Positions 59,252 through 64,000 of a stretch of 64,000 nt of DNA are shown one piece after another. Numbering within the stretch: position 1 is the stretch's first letter; each line of letters starts with the position of its first letter. The position numbers and the translations under genes were made by a program. Source of the stretch: an uncultured Actinomycetota bacterium (GTDB lineage Bacteria > Actinomycetota > Actinomycetes > JACCUZ01); contig CAWIXB010000001.1 in the NCBI GenBank assembly GCA_963839955.1, forward strand, positions 1,887,492 through 1,951,491, given 5' to 3'. Below the pieces are notes generated by a model. The model ran no database searches. It saw only the letters and a program-made list of their open reading frames with translations, and was not told where the DNA came from.

Positions 59252-59263
59252 TCCCCGCGACGA

Positions 59264-59716
59264 TCAGCCCTCGCCGTCGGCCAGCTTGGCAAAGGCCGCG
59301 AGCACGCTCGGCCAACCCTGCTCGTAGCTCGAGCGGTACTCCTGCGCCTGCTTCGCCCAGGCGTCCCAGCCGTGGTGGACGAGATCCACCCTCGTGCCGT
59401 CGCCCTCGGCGGTGAACGTCACCTCGACGGTCGTGTGCGTGTCCGCGTCACCGCCGGGGTGCCAGGTCATCGCCATCCCGTCGGGCGGGTCCCACCGGGT
59501 GACCGTGCCCCATACGTCCTGCTCCCCCGCCGTCGAGCGCTCCACCAGGCGGTTGTCCTCGAACGCGAGGCCCGCGGTCGACTTCATGTAGACGCCGAAC
59601 TCCTGCAACGGCCACCAGGAGCCGATCTGCTCGGTGAAGACGCGGAACGCGTCCTGTGCGCCTCGCTTGACGTGCACGGTTCGCACGACGGGCGCGACGG
59701 TCTCTGACGTAGTCAT
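59264..59716 (-). CDS. SRPBCC / AHSA1 (activator of Hsp90 ATPase homolog) domain protein
   Basis: 150 aa. Start/RVFTEQIGSWWP pattern typical of the AHSA1/polyketide_cyc2 superfamily. Cotranscribed with an ArsR regulator. Confidence 0.75.
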   Translation of the reverse strand: MTTSETVAPVVRTVHVKRGAQDAFRVFTEQIGSWWPLQEFGVYMKSTAGLAFEDNRLVERSTAGEQDVWGTVTRWDPPDGMAMTWHPGGDADTHTTVEVTFTAEGDGTRVDLVHHGWDAWAKQAQEYRSSYEQGWPSVLAAFAKLADGEG

Positions 59717-60030
59717 GTGCTCTCCCTTTCAGCGAAATCCTTGAATGAAGCGAGTGCCACATCCCAGAAGCCGTCCACGAAGGCCCGCAGCTCGCCGAGC
59801 CCCCCGAGGTCGACCCGATAGAGCCGCCGGGTCCCCTCCCCCCGTCTCGTCACCAACCCTGCCTCGCGCAGCACCTTCAGGTGCTGCGACACCGCCGACT
59901 GCGACACCGGCAGGCGGGCTGCGAGGTCTCCGACCGAGCGTGGCCCGGCGCGGAGTCCCTCGAAGACGGCCCGCCGCGTCGGGTCGCCGAGTGCGGCCAG
60001 AGCGGCATGTGCATTAGCCATGACTAACAT
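59713..60030 (-). CDS. ArsR/SmtB family transcriptional regulator
   Basis: ALGDPTRRAVFEGL...SVGDLAARLPVSQSAVSQHLKVLREAGLV HTH. Confidence 0.8.
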   Translation of the reverse strand: MLVMANAHAALAALGDPTRRAVFEGLRAGPRSVGDLAARLPVSQSAVSQHLKVLREAGLVTRRGEGTRRLYRVDLGGLGELRAFVDGFWDVALASFKDFAEREST

Positions 60031-60105
60031 TAGTAGCGGCTAATAGATGGCGCGTCAACCCCCACGTCCCTCGAAGCCGGCCGTCGGCGGGCGGCTAGGG
60101 TCCCG

Positions 60106-61176
60106 GTGATGCCAGCCGCCGAGTCACCCACCGCTCCCGGACCCGCCGCCACGGAGGACACCGTGGTCCTCCGTTACGCCGACCCGGACAAGCGGATGGC
60201 AGGCGTGCGGTTGCAGCTCGACGTCCCCCTTTCGGGCCAGCGCCTCGACTTCGCCAAGGCCGCGGGTGGCTGGCTGCTACGCCTGGCCCGGCCCCCGGTG
60301 GACCGCCTCGAGTACCTGTTCGAGCTCACCCATGCGGACGGCGGGACGGAGACGACGACCGACCCGGCCAACCCCCTGCGCGCCCCCGGGGCGTTCGGCG
60401 ACAAGTCGGCGCTGGAGCTGCCCGGCTACGTCCGCCCGAGCTGGCTGGAGGGGCCGTCGCCGCCCGGACGCCGCAGAGCCCTACCCGTCCCGGCGCGCGC
60501 GGTGCGCGACGAGGTCGAGGTCACCCTGTGGTCGCCGGACGGCGTCGAGGACGACGAGCCGCTGCCGCTGCTGGTCGCCCACGACGGCCCGGAGTACGAC
60601 GAGCTGTCCGGGCTCACGACGTACCTCTCCGCACTCGTCGCGGCGGGCACGCTGCCCCCGGTGCGCGCGGCGCTGCTCGCGCCTGGGGACCGGGACGAGC
60701 GCTACTCCGCCAACGGCGCCTACACGCGCGCGCTGACCCTCGCTGTGCTGCCCCGGCTGCGGGCCCACCTGGCGACGACGGCCGTGGTCGGCATGGGGGC
60801 CAGCCTCGGTGCGCTCGCACTGCTGCACGCGCAGCGGCGCCACGGTGACGCATTCGACGCGCTGTTCCTGCAGTCAGGCAGTTTCTTCCACCCTCGCTAC
60901 GACGAGCACGAGCGTCGCTTCCCCCACTACGACCGCATCGTGCGCACCGTCGACGGCGTGCTGCGGGCCGGCGGGCACCACTCCCCCGTGCCGGTGGTCC
61001 TGACCTGCGGCGGCATCGAGGAGAACATCGCAAACAACAGGGTGATGGCCCGCGCGCTGGCTGCGCAGGGGTACGACGCGGTGCTGCACGAGGTGCGCGA
61101 CACCCACAACTACGTGGCCTGGCGCGATGCGTTCCACCCGCATCTCACCGGCCTGCTGCGCGAGGTGGCCGCGTGA
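60106..61176 (+). CDS. Putative esterase (enterochelin esterase-like alpha/beta hydrolase, PF00756 type)
   Basis: N-terminal beta-sandwich-like region plus a hydrolase domain with GMGASLG (GxSxG). Confidence 0.65.
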   Translation: MMPAAESPTAPGPAATEDTVVLRYADPDKRMAGVRLQLDVPLSGQRLDFAKAAGGWLLRLARPPVDRLEYLFELTHADGGTETTTDPANPLRAPGAFGDKSALELPGYVRPSWLEGPSPPGRRRALPVPARAVRDEVEVTLWSPDGVEDDEPLPLLVAHDGPEYDELSGLTTYLSALVAAGTLPPVRAALLAPGDRDERYSANGAYTRALTLAVLPRLRAHLATTAVVGMGASLGALALLHAQRRHGDAFDALFLQSGSFFHPRYDEHERRFPHYDRIVRTVDGVLRAGGHHSPVPVVLTCGGIEENIANNRVMARALAAQGYDAVLHEVRDTHNYVAWRDAFHPHLTGLLREVAA

Positions 61177-61913
61177 GAGCCGTCGAGATCACCTCGTCCG
61201 AGAGCGGCTTCCGCGGCCACGTCGTCGCCCACGGCCACTACGGCAAGCCGGTCCTCGTCTTCCCGTCGGAGTCGGGCCGGGCGTGGGACTTCGAGAACAA
61301 CGGCATGGTCGACGCCGTCCGCTGGATGCTCGACGCGGGGCGGGTGAAGCTCTACTGCGTGGACTCGGCCGACCCGGCCACCTGGTCGGACCGGTCGCTG
61401 CCGCTGGAGGAGCGCGCCCGGCGCCACGACTTCTACGAGCGCTGGATCCTCGACCAGGTCGTGCCGTACGTGCACGACGACTGCGGCGGCCTCACCGACA
61501 TCATCACGGCGGGCTGCAGCCTGGGCGCCTTCCACGCCGCCAACATCGCCCTGCGCCATGCCCACGTGTTCCCGCGGGCACTGTGCTTCTCCGGCTCCTA
61601 CGACCCGGCCGAGTGGCATGCCTGGGGCGAGGGCGGCGAAGCGGCGTACTTCCACAACCCGATGCAGTTCGTGGCGAACCTGCACGGTCATCACCTCGAC
61701 TGGCTTCGCTCGCAGGTCTTCCTGCTGCTCGTGGTCGGTCAGGGCTCGTGGGAGGTCGACCCGACCCAGGCGCTGCCGAGCACCCACCGGTTCGCCGCGC
61801 GGCTGGCCGAGAAGGGCATCCCCCACGAGCTCGACGTGTGGGGGCACGACGTCCCGCACGACTGGCCGTCCTGGCAACGGCAGCTCGCCCACCACCTGCC
61901 ACGCTTCGCCTAG
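61173..61913 (+). CDS. Putative esterase family protein (PF00756-like)
   Basis: GCSLGAFHAANIALRH (GxSxG). Start overlaps the upstream stop. Confidence 0.7.
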   Translation: MRAVEITSSESGFRGHVVAHGHYGKPVLVFPSESGRAWDFENNGMVDAVRWMLDAGRVKLYCVDSADPATWSDRSLPLEERARRHDFYERWILDQVVPYVHDDCGGLTDIITAGCSLGAFHAANIALRHAHVFPRALCFSGSYDPAEWHAWGEGGEAAYFHNPMQFVANLHGHHLDWLRSQVFLLLVVGQGSWEVDPTQALPSTHRFAARLAEKGIPHELDVWGHDVPHDWPSWQRQLAHHLPRFA

Positions 61914-61956
61914 GCGGCAGGCACTAGCGTGCGCGCATCGGGAGAGAGGACGGACG

Positions 61957-63207
61957 ATGACCGACACCCGCCACCTGCTCGGCCTGCTGCTCGGCACTGA
62001 GACCGACTGGCCGAGCGTCTTCGAGGCCCTGGTGCGCCGGCTCGGACCCGTCACCGACGGTTCGGGCGCGCAGCACACCTACGACGTCGAGCGCATCACG
62101 ATCGAACCCTTCGACCTGCGCGACACCCCGTCCTACGACCTGGTGATCGACCGGCTCGCCTACTGGTACTACGTCCCGCGCGAGTGGCTGAAGAAAGTCG
62201 CGCTGATGGACGGCGTCTACCTGCTCAACTCGCCGTTCACGTTCCAGGCCATGGAGAAGCACGCCGCCTACTGCGCGATGATGCGCCTCGGCCTCAAGGT
62301 CCCCGAGACCGTCCTGGTGCCCTACAAGAACCCGGTCGACCACGCGAAGTACGCCTACACCGCCGAGCGCTACAACCGGCCCTTCGATCTCGACGCGCTG
62401 GCCGACAAGGTCGGCTACCCGCTCTTCATGAAGCCCTACGACGGCGGCGCCTGGGTGGGCGTCTCACGCATCCGCGACGCCGACGAGCTGCACCGTGCCT
62501 ACGACGAGTCCGGCGAGATGCTGATGCACCTGCAGGCCTCGGTCGAGGGCTACGACGTCTTCGCGCGCTCGCTGTCGATCGGCGCCGAGACGATGGTGAT
62601 GAAGTTCGACCCTGAGCAGCCGATGCACGCGCGCTACTCGGTGTCCCACGACTTCCTCACTCCCGAGGTGGGCGCCGAGGTGCTCTCGATCGGTCGCATC
62701 GTCAATGCCTTCTTCAGGTGGGAGTTCAACTCCTGCGAGACGCTGGTCCGTGACACCAACGTCCACCCCATCGACTACGCGAACGCCTGCCCCGATGTCG
62801 CCATCACGTCGCTTCACTACTACTTCCCGTGGGCGATGAAGGCGCTGGTCAAGTGGGCCGTGTTCTGCACGGCCACCGGGCGGGTGCCCACACCGCATGT
62901 CGATCCCGCGCCGTGGTTCACCGTCGCCGACCGCGACGACCTGTCGTACGACGAGAAGCTGGCCGCCTACCGCGAGCTGGCCGACGGCTACTTCGAGACC
63001 GAGCGCTACCAGGACTTCTGCGCCTCGCGGCTGGCCGAGATCGACGAGGTGACGCACGCCTACGTCGAGAGCGCCGACTTCGACAAGGTGCTGGTCGACA
63101 CGGTCACGGCGATGTTCCCGGCGCATGAACGCGACCAGTTCATCGCGCACTTCCGGGGCCTGCTGAAGCTGTGGGCCGACGACGAGCGGGCCCGGCTCTC
63201 CGCCTGA
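61957..63207 (+). CDS. Conserved hypothetical protein, possible ATP-grasp-fold ligase-like
   Basis: 416 aa. GGGAGAGAGGA RBS. Central region (LNSPFTFQAMEKHAAY...VGYPLFMKPYDGGAWVGVSRIRDADEL) resembles the ATP-grasp central/C-terminal domain. Function not established. Confidence 0.5.
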   Translation: MTDTRHLLGLLLGTETDWPSVFEALVRRLGPVTDGSGAQHTYDVERITIEPFDLRDTPSYDLVIDRLAYWYYVPREWLKKVALMDGVYLLNSPFTFQAMEKHAAYCAMMRLGLKVPETVLVPYKNPVDHAKYAYTAERYNRPFDLDALADKVGYPLFMKPYDGGAWVGVSRIRDADELHRAYDESGEMLMHLQASVEGYDVFARSLSIGAETMVMKFDPEQPMHARYSVSHDFLTPEVGAEVLSIGRIVNAFFRWEFNSCETLVRDTNVHPIDYANACPDVAITSLHYYFPWAMKALVKWAVFCTATGRVPTPHVDPAPWFTVADRDDLSYDEKLAAYRELADGYFETERYQDFCASRLAEIDEVTHAYVESADFDKVLVDTVTAMFPAHERDQFIAHFRGLLKLWADDERARLSA

Positions 63208-63219
63208 CGCCGGCAAGCC

Positions 63220-64000
63220 CTAGACCGCGTCGAGAGCGGCGGCAGCCATGCCCACCGCGCGCGACGTCGGGTCGAGGTGCTCGTAGTGGCCCTCCCCGGC
63301 CATCTCGTGCAGGTCGACCTGCATGCCGGCCCGCTCCGCGGCCGCGTGGTAGATGCGGCTCTGCTCGACGGGCACGTCGCGGTCCGCGTCGCCGTGGACG
63401 AGCACGACCCGCACGTCCGGCACCGGCAGCAGCGCCAACGGCGAGCCGACGGCGTACCTCTCCGGCTGCTCGTCCGGACCGCCTCCCATCAGTGCCTGCA
63501 CCGCCCCGCCACCGACGCCCTGCCGTGCCGCGGTGACCAGGTCGGTCACCGGCGCCTGCGCCACCACAAGCGCGACCTTGACCCGCGGACCGGCGCCCAC
63601 CGCACCCGCCGGAAGCCGCGACCGCGACGCCGACCAGAGGGCGAGATGGCCGCCCGCGGAATGGCCGACTACCGCGACCCTCGCGAGATCGAGCCGGTCG
63701 GTGTGCCGGCTCGTCGTCAGGTGGTCGACAGCGGCGCTCATGTCTGAGAACGTCGCGGGCCACGGCGCGTCCTTGCCGCGGTAGTCGATGTTCCAGACAG
63801 CGAGGCCCCGGCCGGCGAGCATCTCCGCGAGCGGATCCTCGAGGTGGCGGTCGTAGCGCGCGGACCAGAAGCCGCCGTGCACCAGGACGACGACGGGCAG
63901 CTCGCGACCGTCGCGCGGCAGCAGCCATGCGCCGCGGTTGAGCCGGCGCCGGCCGTAGGACTCCTTCGACCGGTCGACCGCGCCGCGGTGAGTCAACGCG
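63220..64000 (-). CDS. Alpha/beta hydrolase (esterase/lipase, Abhydrolase_3-like). N-terminus may extend beyond the window end
   Basis: VVLVHGGFW oxyanion region. GHSAGG nucleophile elbow. C-terminal Asp/His. The ORF remains open to the window edge. Confidence 0.7.
   Translation of the reverse strand, partial: ALTHRGAVDRSKESYGRRRLNRGAWLLPRDGRELPVVVLVHGGFWSARYDRHLEDPLAEMLAGRGLAVWNIDYRGKDAPWPATFSDMSAAVDHLTTSRHTDRLDLARVAVVGHSAGGHLALWSASRSRLPAGAVGAGPRVKVALVVAQAPVTDLVTAARQGVGGGAVQALMGGGPDEQPERYAVGSPLALLPVPDVRVVLVHGDADRDVPVEQSRIYHAAAERAGMQVDLHEMAGEGHYEHLDPTSRAVGMAAAALDAV

Overview
High-GC (about 70%) actinobacterial chromosomal window centred on the complete Pup-proteasome locus, in the order arc/mpa, dop, pup, prcB, prcA, pafA, pafB, pafC, tatA, tatC, helY-like helicase, 5'-3' exonuclease, pepE-like peptidase. 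Upstream of the locus are a DppABCDF-type peptide ABC importer, a MacB/FtsX-type ABC exporter, a RecB-family nuclease, a site-2 protease and trmI. Downstream of it are a beta-lysine catabolism-like cluster (kamA, kdd, amidohydrolase, kamD, kamE, hotdog protein), lnt and ppm1 as separate genes, fxsA, rbpA, a YciI-ECF sigma pair, an MFS/ArsR pair, a frameshifted rlmA-like methyltransferase, and a LexA-box-preceded SplB-like radical SAM gene interrupted by a 149-aa mini-intein. Two accessory features stand out: a compositionally atypical endonuclease VII family gene inserted exactly at the pup/prcB junction, and the mini-intein splitting the CxxxCxxC radical SAM motif. No rRNA, tRNA or CRISPR array was found. 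Many long reverse-strand and alternate-frame ORFs in the provided track are high-GC frame artefacts and were not called.
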